DNA of 64,000 bases from Eubacteriales bacterium. Its GTDB lineage: Bacteria; Bacillota; Clostridia; Oscillospirales; CAG-272. The stretch spans positions 9,051-73,050 of the forward strand of contig JAZQRU010000045.1 of NCBI GenBank assembly GCA_045629745.1, in the 5' to 3' direction. Shown here one piece after another: positions 29,809 through 39,990 of the stretch; position 1 is the stretch's first letter, and the number at the start of each line of letters is the position of its first letter. Below the pieces are notes generated by a model. That model saw only the letters and a list, made by a program, of their open reading frames with translations. It did no database searches and was not told the DNA's origin. The position numbers and the translations under genes were made by a program.

Positions 29809-31419
29809 ATGGGTGACGTAAAAAGTATTGTCAGCATTGCGCTCATTGCTATCGTTGGTCTCCTTGCCCTTATCGGTATGCTTAAGGGACTCCGCCGCGG
29901 TATCAAGCGCCAGACTGTCAGAACCATTAGTATAATTTTGTCTATCGTTTTAAGCTTTATTGCGGTAAAAATTATTTACGGCGTAGTTCTCGGATTTTTC
30001 GAGGGCGCAACAATGCCTGAAATCTTCACTAAGCTTGAGGGCTTTGGATTAGCTCTTGACGCAGAAACGAAGGATATGCTTGCAGAATTTGACCCCGTAG
30101 TCATAGAGTATATACTCGCAATCGTTCTTGCTCTTGCAGTAGGTCCTATCCTTTTTGTGCCCTTGTTTATCATAATAAGCGCGATTATGCTGATAGTTCA
30201 CGCAATAGTTTCGGGTGTTCTCGGCTTCAGAAAGAAAGAAAACACCAAGGCAACAAGGCTTCTCGGTATGGCACTTGGCTTCGTTCAGGGCGTTTTGGTG
30301 TCTATAGTTCTTCTCGTTCCCGTTCTCGGTATAGCTACAACTGTTTCGGGCGCGGTTGATACCATTCGTGAAAAGCCCGAAAAAACCGAAGCGGAAACCG
30401 AGCTTCTCGGAACGTATGACGAAACGCTTAAGGATATAGTCGAAAATCCTATGGTTAAGGTTCTCAGCTCCCTTGGCGGAAATCTTACCTATAAATCCCT
30501 TGCAACCATAAAGGTTGAGGATAACCGCGTTAAGATGGTAAACGAAATCGACACCGTTCTTGCGGTTTACTCCGAGCTTGACAATATCAAGTCAGAATTT
30601 ACCGAGCTTACTCCCGAAGAGCAGGCATCTGTAAAATCTATGATAAATACTCTCGGTGACAGTAATTACTTTGCGCCCCTTCTTTCAAGTATTGTTAAGA
30701 GCGCGGCTTCTATGCTCGAGGGCGAGATGGTTGCGGAAATGGAAGAGCCCATCAAAACCCTTATGGTTGACATTATCGCTATTTTCAAGACCTCGTCTCA
30801 GGAAACTCTTAAAACCGACCTTAATACTTTCTGTGATTTCTACTTCTACCTCATTAACAGAGACGTGCTTAGCGCGGCTATGGGCGGAGAAAGCTCCGAA
30901 GAACCCGAGCCCGATATAATGGACGTTCTCTTCAGAGTTGACGAAACGAATAATAAGACTACTATAGATAACGCTATCGCAATTCTTGATTCCAACGAGA
31001 GAACAAAACCTATTATTTCCTCTCTCGTCAAGATTTCCGTAGCTTATGCAAAGGAAAGCCTTAAGGACAGTGCATCAGGCGATATGCCCGAGCTTGAGGG
31101 ACAGGATATCGAAAAGATTTACGAAGACGTTAAGGCAGGCATTAACGAGATAGTTCAGATAGACCCTAACGCTTACACAACCGAAGAAGAGTATAAGTCC
31201 GCAGTTTCCGCATCCATTGAAGATTTCGTTGTTAGCAACGGCTTCGTTGACCAGGCAGAAATCGACGGAAACAGAGAAGAAATGCAAGAAATCTTTGACG
31301 AGGTTTCCGACCATATCATTGAAAACTTTGGTGGACAGACGGAAGTTTCTGACGCAGAGCTTATAGGCGTTGTCCTTGAGTATTACAACTCTTATAACGC
31401 AAGCTCCCCGAATGAGTAA
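29809..31419 (+). CDS. CvpA-like membrane protein with a long acidic helical C-terminal region
   Basis: IGMLKGLRRG and RLLGMALGFVQG TM motifs, then an acidic soluble domain. Confidence 0.6.
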   Translation: MGDVKSIVSIALIAIVGLLALIGMLKGLRRGIKRQTVRTISIILSIVLSFIAVKIIYGVVLGFFEGATMPEIFTKLEGFGLALDAETKDMLAEFDPVVIEYILAIVLALAVGPILFVPLFIIISAIMLIVHAIVSGVLGFRKKENTKATRLLGMALGFVQGVLVSIVLLVPVLGIATTVSGAVDTIREKPEKTEAETELLGTYDETLKDIVENPMVKVLSSLGGNLTYKSLATIKVEDNRVKMVNEIDTVLAVYSELDNIKSEFTELTPEEQASVKSMINTLGDSNYFAPLLSSIVKSAASMLEGEMVAEMEEPIKTLMVDIIAIFKTSSQETLKTDLNTFCDFYFYLINRDVLSAAMGGESSEEPEPDIMDVLFRVDETNNKTTIDNAIAILDSNERTKPIISSLVKISVAYAKESLKDSASGDMPELEGQDIEKIYEDVKAGINEIVQIDPNAYTTEEEYKSAVSASIEDFVVSNGFVDQAEIDGNREEMQEIFDEVSDHIIENFGGQTEVSDAELIGVVLEYYNSYNASSPNE

Positions 31420-31473
31420 TAAAAAAGTAAAAAGAAGATGGCAGCCGCCATCTTCTTTTTTGAAAGGTAAATT

Positions 31474-32313
31474 ATGCCAGAGCTTTTTAAAAGAAAATCG
31501 GTGAAAATTATAGCTTTATGCCTTGCTACAGTTATCTTTATAGCCTTGGTTCTTGAAATCGGCATTCTTTTGCGCTCGCAATACGAGGTATATCTTCCCG
31601 ATTATGAAAAAACTGATATAAGCGGAATTCTTAAAAAGGAAGAGCTTTCAGACTCGGATTATGAAATTCTGTTTATGCAAACAGGGCTTACCCGTCTTGG
31701 AATTGACGGTCTGCGAGATAGAGGGCTTGAAAAAAGGATAATCAGAATTCAGGACCAGTATTTTGAAAAGCAGAATTATTATCTTAATTCCTTCGCGCCC
31801 TTTACGGGCTATTTAAGCAGAAATACAAGACCTGAGGTCGCGGAGTTTGCGTTACTTGAAAACGGCGATATTTTGTATAGCCCGACAACCTATTTTTCAT
31901 TTGTAAGACTGGGCCACACCTCGCTCGTCGTTGACGCCTCTCGGGGATATATGGCTCAGGCATCGGGATTTGGAAGTCCCGTAAAATACGTTCAGATAGA
32001 CCACTTCTTTTCCCGCCCCGCCTTTGCGATTTTAAGAGTTAATACGGAAGTCGGACAAGCGGTAACTGATTATACAAAGGGTGAGCTTATCGGAGTGCGC
32101 TACAGTCTTCTTGCGGGATTTTTCGGTGACAAAGCTCCAAAGGAGCTAAACTCAACGCATTGCTCGCACTTTATCTGGTACGCTTATATGCAAAGCGGCG
32201 TGGACCTTGATTCAAGCGGCGGGAAAATCATAACACCCGACAATATTTTCTATTCGGAAGCCGTTTCCGTCGTGCAAATTTACGGCATAAATCCCGAAAA
32301 AGTATTTAAATAA
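31474..32313 (+). CDS. Permuted papain-like NlpC/P60 (YiiX/YebB-like) protein
   Basis: N-terminal TM; LENGDIL...GHTSLV...Y...THCSHFIWYAY..GVDLD...ITP. Confidence 0.75.
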   Translation: MPELFKRKSVKIIALCLATVIFIALVLEIGILLRSQYEVYLPDYEKTDISGILKKEELSDSDYEILFMQTGLTRLGIDGLRDRGLEKRIIRIQDQYFEKQNYYLNSFAPFTGYLSRNTRPEVAEFALLENGDILYSPTTYFSFVRLGHTSLVVDASRGYMAQASGFGSPVKYVQIDHFFSRPAFAILRVNTEVGQAVTDYTKGELIGVRYSLLAGFFGDKAPKELNSTHCSHFIWYAYMQSGVDLDSSGGKIITPDNIFYSEAVSVVQIYGINPEKVFK

Positions 32314-32485
32314 AGATGTTTCGCACCTTACGGCGAATAAATTTTTTGTGGATTTTGTTGCAGTGTACCGCAGTTAAGTATAACTTAACAAGGGGCAATG
32401 TGACGAAAGACGCTAAAATTTATCGTCGCAAGGCTTGTTAGTTCGACTCTCTTACGGCTTTGCCTAAATGAAGCAAGCCTCTTTA

Positions 32486-32578
32486 TATGTGACACTGTCG
32501 TGTCACATAAACAGTGCCAATTTGTCACACAAGCTGTGCCAATTTGTCACACAATAAATAAATAATAAATAAATAATA
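32486..32578. repeat. 22-bp-phased iteron-like repeats followed by an (AATA)-rich tract
   Basis: TGTCACAyAA at 32501, 32523 and 32545; gtgccaatttgtcacacaa x2; palindrome tatgtgacac-tgtc-gtgtcacata; then aataaataaataataaataaataat. Confidence 0.7.
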
Positions 32579-32620
32579 CTTTCTTACTCTCTTACTATAG
32601 AGCGGGAGAGAACAAAGTTT

Positions 32621-33424
32621 TTATTTAAGATATTTTTTCTTAACTTCACTCGGAACCGTGCCGTAAGCTTTTTTGAATTTGTCCGAAAAATAATTAGAGT
32701 CGTTAAAGCCGCAGGCGTAGGCAATTTCGGATATTGTTTTTCCGTTTTCGTTTTTGAGCATAGCCTCAGCTTTTTGAAGCCTGACGAGAGTTATAAATTC
32801 GTTAAAGCCGATGCCCGTTTCCTTTTTGAACATACGCGAAAGATGCTCGGGGCTTACAGAATAAAGCTTCGCGATAGACGAAAGGCTCAAGGGATGCATA
32901 AAGTTCTTCTTTATGTGCTTGACGCACTCCTCAACGAGCATACTTCCGCTTGATTTATTGGTAAAGCTGTTATTATTCCTTGCCATAACGAAGAAGAGCG
33001 AATAAACGAGTCCTCTCACGGATTCCTTTGTAAACTCGTCGGGGGAATTGTATTCCATTTCGATTTTTCTGAATATCTCGTCGATTTCGGGAAGCGCTGC
33101 TTCGTTGCGGTAAAGATATACGAGCTTCGGAATATGGCTCGTAACGCTTGTCGGAATGTAATTTGCCGAAAAGTTTATAAGCAGGCGCGTGTGCGGCTCG
33201 GGCCCGTAATTCGTTTTATGTATAACTCCGTCGGGGATAAGAACTATATCGCCCGATTTTATCTCATAAACCTTGTTATCTATGAAATAATTACAGAAGC
33301 CGTCTTTCATATAGTAAATTTCAAAAAGATTATGATAATGCCTTGAGCAACCGTCACCGATGCTGTTTATATCTGTGTTGAAATAAAATATTTCGGTTGA
33401 AAGTTCCTTGAACGTAAGCCTCAC
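32621..33424 (-). CDS. AraC family regulator (cupin + HTH), divergent from uxaBAC; start uncertain
   Basis: HYHNLFEIYY cupin motif; IAYACGFNDSNYFS..FKK HTH. Confidence 0.88.
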   Translation of the reverse strand: MRLTFKELSTEIFYFNTDINSIGDGCSRHYHNLFEIYYMKDGFCNYFIDNKVYEIKSGDIVLIPDGVIHKTNYGPEPHTRLLINFSANYIPTSVTSHIPKLVYLYRNEAALPEIDEIFRKIEMEYNSPDEFTKESVRGLVYSLFFVMARNNNSFTNKSSGSMLVEECVKHIKKNFMHPLSLSSIAKLYSVSPEHLSRMFKKETGIGFNEFITLVRLQKAEAMLKNENGKTISEIAYACGFNDSNYFSDKFKKAYGTVPSEVKKKYLK

Positions 33425-33626
33425 TCCTCTCAAAAACATTCTAGCATATAAAATCAAAAAAATCAAGAAATTTCGCATTTTTTTAAAAAACCGCAAACAA
33501 ACCCAGAAAAATTGACGAAAATCAAAAAATATAAGATGCGCGGCGAAACTTAGTCAAATTTTTTAAGGCAAGGTGCTGCATTTTGCTGTAGAATATAATT
33601 AGAATAATATTATTGAGGAGTTTATT

Positions 33627-34916
33627 ATGAACTTTAATAAGACTAAAAGACCTGAGAAAATAATTCAGTTTGGCGAGGGCGGATTTCTTCGCGGCTTCGT
33701 TGACTGGATGCTTCAGAAACTGAATAATAACGGCTCGTACGAGGGAAGCGTCGTTGTCGTGCAACCCATAGAGCGCGGAATGTGCGACCTTCTTTCCGAG
33801 CAGAATTGCGTATACACCCATCTTATAAGAGGTGTTGAGGGAGTTGAAGAGGAAAAAATTGACGTAATTTCGCGTTGCGTAAAGCCCTACGACGATTATA
33901 AAGCCTATCTTGAGCTTGCGAAAAACCCCGATTTCAGATTTGTCGTTTCCAATACTACCGAGTCGGGAATTGAGTTTTCGGAGAGGGACCGGTTTGACGA
34001 TGCGCCGCCAAAAACTTTCCCTGCAAAGCTCACGCGCTTGCTTTATGAGAGATTCAGACTGAATCTTCCCGGATTCGTTTTTCTTCCCTGCGAGCTTATT
34101 GACAGAAACGGCGACGCGCTTAAAAAATGCGTTCTCAATTACGCGCGCCTCTGGTCGCTCGGCAGAGATTTTGAAAGGTTTATAAATGAAGAAAACGTTT
34201 TCACGAATACTCTCGTTGACAGAATAAATACCGGCTTCCCGAAGGACGAGGAAAATCCTCTTAAGGAGTGCGACAAAATGCTCAATACCTCTGAGTATTT
34301 TCACCTTTGGGTAATTGAAACCGATTACGATATAGAAAAGGAGCTTCCCTTCTCGACTGCGAAGCTTAACGTAATCGTAACTCCCGATAAGCTTGAAATG
34401 TACAGAACGAGAAAGGTAAGAATACTCAACGGCGCTCATACCTCGCTTGTGCCTTACGCTCTTCTCTCGGGCTTTGATACCGTAAGAAGCTGCGTGCTTG
34501 ACGAAAAAATGCGTGCGCATATCAAAAAATGCGTCTTTGACGAAATTATCCCGACGCTTGATTTGCCGCGCGAGGAGCTTGTGGCTTATGCCAATGGCGT
34601 TATAGAAAGATTTGAAAACCCGTATATCAAGCATTATCTTTCCTCTATTGCTCTTAACTCCGTAAGCAAATTCAAGGTAAGAGTTCTTCCCTCAATTCTC
34701 GAGTATATAAAGAGATATGAAAGAATGCCCGAAGCTCTTATTTTTTCCTTTGCGAAGCTTATAGATTTTTATAAAACCGATATGACAAACGACGCGCCCG
34801 AGGTTGTGGCATTTATGAAGACTTCCACCGTTTCCGAAATCCTTTCAAACGCGAGCCTTTGGGGCGAAAATCTTGACTTCCTTACACCTGAGGTAGAAAA
34901 ATATGTTAATAAATAA
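33627..34916 (+). CDS. uxaB: Tagaturonate (altronate) reductase
   Basis: IQFGEGGFLRGF, SNTTESGI, PCELI, NTLVDRI, RKVRILNGAHT and RFENPY motifs. Confidence 0.93.
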   Translation: MNFNKTKRPEKIIQFGEGGFLRGFVDWMLQKLNNNGSYEGSVVVVQPIERGMCDLLSEQNCVYTHLIRGVEGVEEEKIDVISRCVKPYDDYKAYLELAKNPDFRFVVSNTTESGIEFSERDRFDDAPPKTFPAKLTRLLYERFRLNLPGFVFLPCELIDRNGDALKKCVLNYARLWSLGRDFERFINEENVFTNTLVDRINTGFPKDEENPLKECDKMLNTSEYFHLWVIETDYDIEKELPFSTAKLNVIVTPDKLEMYRTRKVRILNGAHTSLVPYALLSGFDTVRSCVLDEKMRAHIKKCVFDEIIPTLDLPREELVAYANGVIERFENPYIKHYLSSIALNSVSKFKVRVLPSILEYIKRYERMPEALIFSFAKLIDFYKTDMTNDAPEVVAFMKTSTVSEILSNASLWGENLDFLTPEVEKYVNK

Positions 34917-36273
34917 GCTTGACAACGTCGAGGTTAATCTTAACGACGGTCACAAGTATGCCGCGCGCGATATAAAATGCGGTGAGAATATAATCAAATA
35001 CGGAAACCCGATAGGCCACGCGACAGAGGACATAAAAAAGGGCGACCACGTACATACTCATAACGTGAAAACAAATCTTTCGGGAAATCTTGAGTATAGC
35101 TATAGCCCTGAATTTTTCGATATACCGAAGGAAGACGGCAGCCGTACGTTTATGGCTTACGTGCGCGAAAACGGCGACGTAGGTATAAGAAACGACATTT
35201 GGATAGTGAATACCGTCGGCTGCGTCAATAAGCTCTCCGAGAGAATTGCGGCGGCAACGGGCGCGTTTGCATTTCCCCACCCATTCGGTTGCTCTCAGCT
35301 TGGCGAGGACCAGGAAATAACGCAGAAAATTCTTCGCGGTATGGTAAATCACCCGAATGCCGCAGGCGTTCTCGTTCTCGGGCTAGGCTGCGAAAACAAT
35401 AATATTGATGTTTTTAAAAAGGTGCTTGGCAAGTATGACGAAAGAAGAGTAAAATTCCTTAACGCGCAGGAAGTCACGGACGACTTTGCAGAGGGCGTAA
35501 AAATCGTTAAGGAGCTTCAGACTTACGCAGATAGCTTCAAAAGAGTGCCCGTTCCCGTATCGAAGCTTAGAATAGGCCTTAAATGCGGCGGAAGCGACGG
35601 ATACAGCGGCATAAGCGCAAACCCCCTCGTCGGAAGGCTCTCCGATAAAATGTCCGCTTTAGGCGCGTCAACCGTTCTCACCGAGGTTCCCGAAATGTTC
35701 GGTGCGGAGCATCTGCTTATGAAAAGATGTGAAAGCCGTGAGGTTTTCGAAAAAACCGTAAAGCTTGTTAACGACTTTAAGTACTATTATGCAAGACATA
35801 ATCAGGTTATATATGAGAACCCCTCGCCCGGAAACAAAAAGGGCGGAATTACGACGCTTGAGGAAAAATCGCTCGGCTGCATTCAGAAGGGCGGTCTTTC
35901 AAAGGTCGTTGACGTTCTTGACTACGGCGATACTTTGAAGAAAGCGGGACTTTCGCTTCTTAACGGACCCGGTAACGATATAGTTGCTATCACGAATCTT
36001 ATGGCGGCAGGCGTGCATATCATTCTTTTCACAACGGGAAGAGGAACTCCCGTCGGAAGCGCCGTTCCCACGGTGAAGATATCCACGAACAAAAATCTCG
36101 CGGAGAAAAAGGCGGGGTGGATAGACTTTGACGCAAGCCCCACGCTTCTCGGAAATCCCTTGACAGACGAGCTTTTTGAGTATATAATTAAAGTGGCTGA
36201 GGGCGCGGAAACCAAGAACGAAAAATATGGATACCGCGAAATTTCAATTTTTAAAGACGGAGTAACGCTATGA
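34903..36273 (+). CDS. uxaA: Altronate dehydratase
   Basis: GHKYA, HTHN, HPFGCSQLG, KCGGSDG, ENPSPGNKKGG and FTTGRGTP motifs. Confidence 0.93.
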   Translation: MLINKLDNVEVNLNDGHKYAARDIKCGENIIKYGNPIGHATEDIKKGDHVHTHNVKTNLSGNLEYSYSPEFFDIPKEDGSRTFMAYVRENGDVGIRNDIWIVNTVGCVNKLSERIAAATGAFAFPHPFGCSQLGEDQEITQKILRGMVNHPNAAGVLVLGLGCENNNIDVFKKVLGKYDERRVKFLNAQEVTDDFAEGVKIVKELQTYADSFKRVPVPVSKLRIGLKCGGSDGYSGISANPLVGRLSDKMSALGASTVLTEVPEMFGAEHLLMKRCESREVFEKTVKLVNDFKYYYARHNQVIYENPSPGNKKGGITTLEEKSLGCIQKGGLSKVVDVLDYGDTLKKAGLSLLNGPGNDIVAITNLMAAGVHIILFTTGRGTPVGSAVPTVKISTNKNLAEKKAGWIDFDASPTLLGNPLTDELFEYIIKVAEGAETKNEKYGYREISIFKDGVTL

Positions 36274-37628
36274 GCTTTATTAAAGATAACTTTATGCTTA
36301 AAACGAAAACCGCAGAAAAGCTTTACGCTATGGTAAAGGATTTGCCTATCATTGACTATCACTGTCACCTTTCGCCCAAAATGATTGCGGAAAACTACAA
36401 ATTCAAAAACGCATACGACCTTTTCTTAGGCGGCGACCATTACAAATGGCGCCAGATGCGTACCAACGGAGTTGACGAGGAGTATATTACGGGCAGTGCC
36501 GACGAATACGAGAAATTCTTGGCATTTGCAAAAACTATGCCTTATCTTATCGGCAACCCGATTTACCACTGGACCCACCTTGAGCTCAAAAGATATTTCG
36601 GCATTGACGAGGTTCTTACGGAAAAGAGCGCAAAAAGAATCTGGGACATTTGTAACGAGTGCCTTGCAAAAGACGAATTTCGTGCAAGGGAGCTTATAAA
36701 GCGCTCAGGCGTTGAGGTTATCTGCACGACTGACGACCCTATTGACACTCTTGAATACCACGAAGCGCTCGAGGGCTTTTCAACGAAGGTTCTTCCCACC
36801 TTCCGTCCCGATAAGGCGGTTGAAATAGGCAAGGAAACCTTTATCCCTTATATCGAGGCGGCAGGCATAAAATCTTACAGAGAGCTTGAAGCGTTTATAA
36901 GAGCGAGAATTGCGTATTTCGACGCGCACGGGTGTAAGCTTTCCGACCACGCGCTTGAATACGTACCTTATGCAGAGGGAGATGCGGAGGCCGCGTTCAA
37001 CAAGAGAATGGCGGGCGAAGCTCTTACCGAATACGAAATAGACTCCTTCAAGACCGCAGTTCTTAAGATTTGCGCGGAGGAGTACACGAAGCGCTCATGG
37101 GCAATGCAGCTTCATATAGGCGCTCTTCGTAACAACAACAGACGTATGTATGAAAAGCTCGGCGCCGACGTCGGCTTTGACTCTATAAACGACCTTGCTA
37201 TAGCAGAAAAGCTCTCTCTTTTCTTAAATTCTCTTGAATACCACGACGTTCTTCCGAAAACCATACTTTATACCCTTAACCCTAAGGATAACTACGTTCT
37301 CGGAACTATGCTCGGAAACTTCCAGAAAGCACCCACGGCAGGCAAAATTCAGTTTGGCTCTGGTTGGTGGTTCAACGACCAGCGCGACGGAATGGAAGCG
37401 CAGATGCAGGCGCTTGCAAATCTCGGTATGATTTCTCGCTTCGTAGGTATGCTCACCGACTCGAGAAGCTTCGTTTCCTACACCCGTCACGAGTATTTCA
37501 GAAGAATTATGTGCAACCTTATCGGCAAGTGGGTTGAAGACGGAGAATATCCTGAGGATTATGAAGTTCTTAAACAAATCGTTACGGGAATTGCTTACTA
37601 CAACGCAAAGAGCTATTTTGGCTTCTAA
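36270..37628 (+). CDS. uxaC: Uronate isomerase
   Basis: IIDYHCHL, GDHYKWR, WWFND and GMLTDSRSF.SY.RHEYFRR motifs. Confidence 0.95.
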   Translation: MSFIKDNFMLKTKTAEKLYAMVKDLPIIDYHCHLSPKMIAENYKFKNAYDLFLGGDHYKWRQMRTNGVDEEYITGSADEYEKFLAFAKTMPYLIGNPIYHWTHLELKRYFGIDEVLTEKSAKRIWDICNECLAKDEFRARELIKRSGVEVICTTDDPIDTLEYHEALEGFSTKVLPTFRPDKAVEIGKETFIPYIEAAGIKSYRELEAFIRARIAYFDAHGCKLSDHALEYVPYAEGDAEAAFNKRMAGEALTEYEIDSFKTAVLKICAEEYTKRSWAMQLHIGALRNNNRRMYEKLGADVGFDSINDLAIAEKLSLFLNSLEYHDVLPKTILYTLNPKDNYVLGTMLGNFQKAPTAGKIQFGSGWWFNDQRDGMEAQMQALANLGMISRFVGMLTDSRSFVSYTRHEYFRRIMCNLIGKWVEDGEYPEDYEVLKQIVTGIAYYNAKSYFGF

Positions 37629-37774
37629 CAAAGCACTTATTTAAATTCAAATAAAACTAAAAGAGGGTGGCTCGGATTTTACCTTGAGCTGCCCTCTGAA
37701 TTGTCAGAGAAGTCCGTAGACGTGTTAAAATTAACACGTATTTTTGCAAATAATTATTTACAGAAAGGAATCTT

Positions 37775-38275
37775 ATGTACGACGAGCTTACCAAAGTTGA
37801 TATACAAAAGATGGAAGAGGAAATAGCCTACAGGTCGGGCGCTTTAGCGCAGGAGCTTGGAGCTGAGCTTAAAAGAACGCGCGAGTTCGGCGACCTTTCC
37901 GAGAATGCGGAGTATAAGGAAGCGAAGCGCGCAAAGAGAAGAAACGAAGCTCGCATAAGATACCTTCTCAATATGATAAGAACCGCTAAAGTAATAGAAA
38001 TCAAGGAAAGCGACGGTGTTTCTCTTTTCGATAAGGTGGCGGTCTTGAATGAAAAAACGGGCGCAGAGAAAACCGTGCAGATAGTTACGACCTTAAGGCA
38101 AAACGCGCTCCTCGGATTTGTCAGTAAGGAGTCACCCTTAGGTATGGCGCTTATGGGGCGCAGAGTCGGAGAAAGCGCTCTTGTAAAAGTCAGTGATACT
38201 ATGAGCTACACCGTTAAAATTCTCAAAATAGAGAAGGGCGAGGACAATACCGAGCTTCCCATAAGTGAGTATTGA
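37775..38275 (+). CDS. greA: GreA/GreB family transcription elongation factor
   Basis: FGDLSENAEYKEAK and SKESPLG.AL motifs. Confidence 0.85.
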   Translation: MYDELTKVDIQKMEEEIAYRSGALAQELGAELKRTREFGDLSENAEYKEAKRAKRRNEARIRYLLNMIRTAKVIEIKESDGVSLFDKVAVLNEKTGAEKTVQIVTTLRQNALLGFVSKESPLGMALMGRRVGESALVKVSDTMSYTVKILKIEKGEDNTELPISEY

Positions 38276-38369
38276 TTTAAAATATTAAAAAAATAAATGC
38301 ATACGTCTTGACAATAGCGCTTGCGAGTGTTATAATAAAGCATAAACTTTTAATCGGAGGTATACCGAA

Positions 38370-38519
38370 ATGAAACGTATCGAAACAATCGAAACCCGTA
38401 ACCTTTGCGAAAGCGCAAAGAATGGCGGATGCGGCGAATGCCAGACTTCCTGCCAGTCCGCTTGCAAGACCAGTTGCGGAATTGCTAACCAGCAGTGCGA
38501 AAGCAAGGAAAGCAAGTAA
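38370..38519 (+). CDS. scfA: SCIFF ranthipeptide precursor (49 aa)
   Basis: Not in the track. MKRIETIETRNLCESAKNGGCGECQTSCQSACKTSCGIANQQCESKESK, with a GGAGG RBS. Confidence 0.95.
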   Translation: MKRIETIETRNLCESAKNGGCGECQTSCQSACKTSCGIANQQCESKESK

Positions 38520-38601
38520 TCCTGTTTTGATAGTAGGGATGGCGCAAAACAAGCGGCATCCCTCTTTTCTCGTAGTTTGATTTTTATTTTTTGGAGTTTT
38601 T

Positions 38602-39990
38602 ATGATTCATCAGTATAAGCTTCTTGGTTTGAATATAGTTCTTGACGTCGCCTCGGGTTCGCTGCACGTCGTTGACGACATTGCTTACGATATAATCGAG
38701 CTTTTTGAAAAATGTACGGAAAACGAGATAATCGAAATTATAAAAGAAAAATACAAAAACGAGCCCGGCGTTAACGAAGAGGAAATAACCGAGTGCTACG
38801 GTGACGTTAAGTCGCTTTGCGAGGCAGGCAAGCTCTTCGCCACCGATACGTTTGAGGCTATGGCAGGCAAGCTTAAGGAAAAGAGCGCGGGTGTTATTAA
38901 GGCTCTTTGTATGCATATCGCGCACACCTGCAACCTAAACTGCTCCTATTGCTTCGCAAGCCAGGGTAAGTATCACGGTGAGAGAGCCGTTATGAGCTAT
39001 GAGGTTGGCAAAAGAGCGCTTGATTTCCTCGTTGAAAATTCAGGCTCAAGACACAATCTTGAGGTGGACTTCTTCGGCGGTGAGCCTCTTATGAATTTTG
39101 ACGTTGTTAAAAAACTTGTTGAATATGCAAGAAGCATTGAGGGAAAATATAACAAGAATTTCCGCTTCACACTTACGACAAACGGAGTTCTTATTGACGA
39201 CGACGTTATAGATTTTGCAAACCGCGAGTGCTCTAACGTAGTTCTGAGCCTTGACGGAAGAAAAGAGGTTCACGACAGATACCGCGTTGACTATGCAGGG
39301 CGCGGAAGCTTTGACAAAATCGTGCCGAAATTTCAAAAGCTCGTTGAGTCGCGCGGTGGAAAAAATTACTATATGCGCGGAACCTTCACGCATAAAAATC
39401 CCGACTTTCTTGAGGATATAAAGGTAATGCTCAACCTCGGCTTCAAGGAATTAAGTATGGAGCCCGTCGTTTCGGCTCCGGGTGACGAGGGTGAGCTCAC
39501 GGCGGAGGATATGCCGATAGTCTTCGAGCAGTATGAAAAGCTTGCCGAGCTTATGAGAGAAAAGCGCCGCGCAGGAGAGCCGTTTACGTTCTACCACTAT
39601 ATGATAGACCTCACGGGCGGTCCTTGCATTTATAAGAGAATTTCCGGCTGCGGCTCGGGAACGGAATATATGGCGGTAACCCCGTGGGGCGATTTGTACC
39701 CCTGCCATCAGTTCGTCGGTGAAGAAAAATTCAAGCTCGGCGATATTTATAACGGTGTAACGAATACGGAAATGCAGGGCGAATTTGCCGCTTGTAACGT
39801 GTATGCAAGAGAAGAGTGCCGTGACTGTTGGGCAAGGCTTTATTGCTCGGGCGGCTGCGCGGCAAACGCATATCACGCAACGGGCTCCGTCAAGGGCGTT
39901 TACAAATACGGCTGCGAGCTTTTCAAGAAGAGAATGGAATGTGCAATAGCTCTTGCCATATCCGAAAAGCTCGACGGTAAAAATCAATGA
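38602..39990 (+). CDS. scfB: SCIFF radical SAM/SPASM maturase
   Basis: AHTCNLNCSYCFA, DFFGGEP, GCGSG...YPCHQF and CRDCWARLYCSGGC motifs; follows scfA. Confidence 0.95.
   Translation: MIHQYKLLGLNIVLDVASGSLHVVDDIAYDIIELFEKCTENEIIEIIKEKYKNEPGVNEEEITECYGDVKSLCEAGKLFATDTFEAMAGKLKEKSAGVIKALCMHIAHTCNLNCSYCFASQGKYHGERAVMSYEVGKRALDFLVENSGSRHNLEVDFFGGEPLMNFDVVKKLVEYARSIEGKYNKNFRFTLTTNGVLIDDDVIDFANRECSNVVLSLDGRKEVHDRYRVDYAGRGSFDKIVPKFQKLVESRGGKNYYMRGTFTHKNPDFLEDIKVMLNLGFKELSMEPVVSAPGDEGELTAEDMPIVFEQYEKLAELMREKRRAGEPFTFYHYMIDLTGGPCIYKRISGCGSGTEYMAVTPWGDLYPCHQFVGEEKFKLGDIYNGVTNTEMQGEFAACNVYAREECRDCWARLYCSGGCAANAYHATGSVKGVYKYGCELFKKRMECAIALAISEKLDGKNQ

Noticed and set aside
32430-32459. 26/30-nt similarity (aaggcttgttagttcgactctcttacggct) to the ZTP riboswitch linker at 22567-22595 (minus strand)
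   Set aside because: It needs a gap and three mismatches and the flanks are unrelated; it could plausibly arise by chance in 64 kb.
33522-34634. 370-aa antisense ORF over uxaB (and similar ones over pflB, topB and rbr)
   Set aside because: Shadow frames of well-supported genes, with no motifs of their own.
37719-37739. Palindrome acgtgttaaaattaacacgt upstream of greA
   Set aside because: Single occurrence; cannot distinguish operator from terminator or chance.
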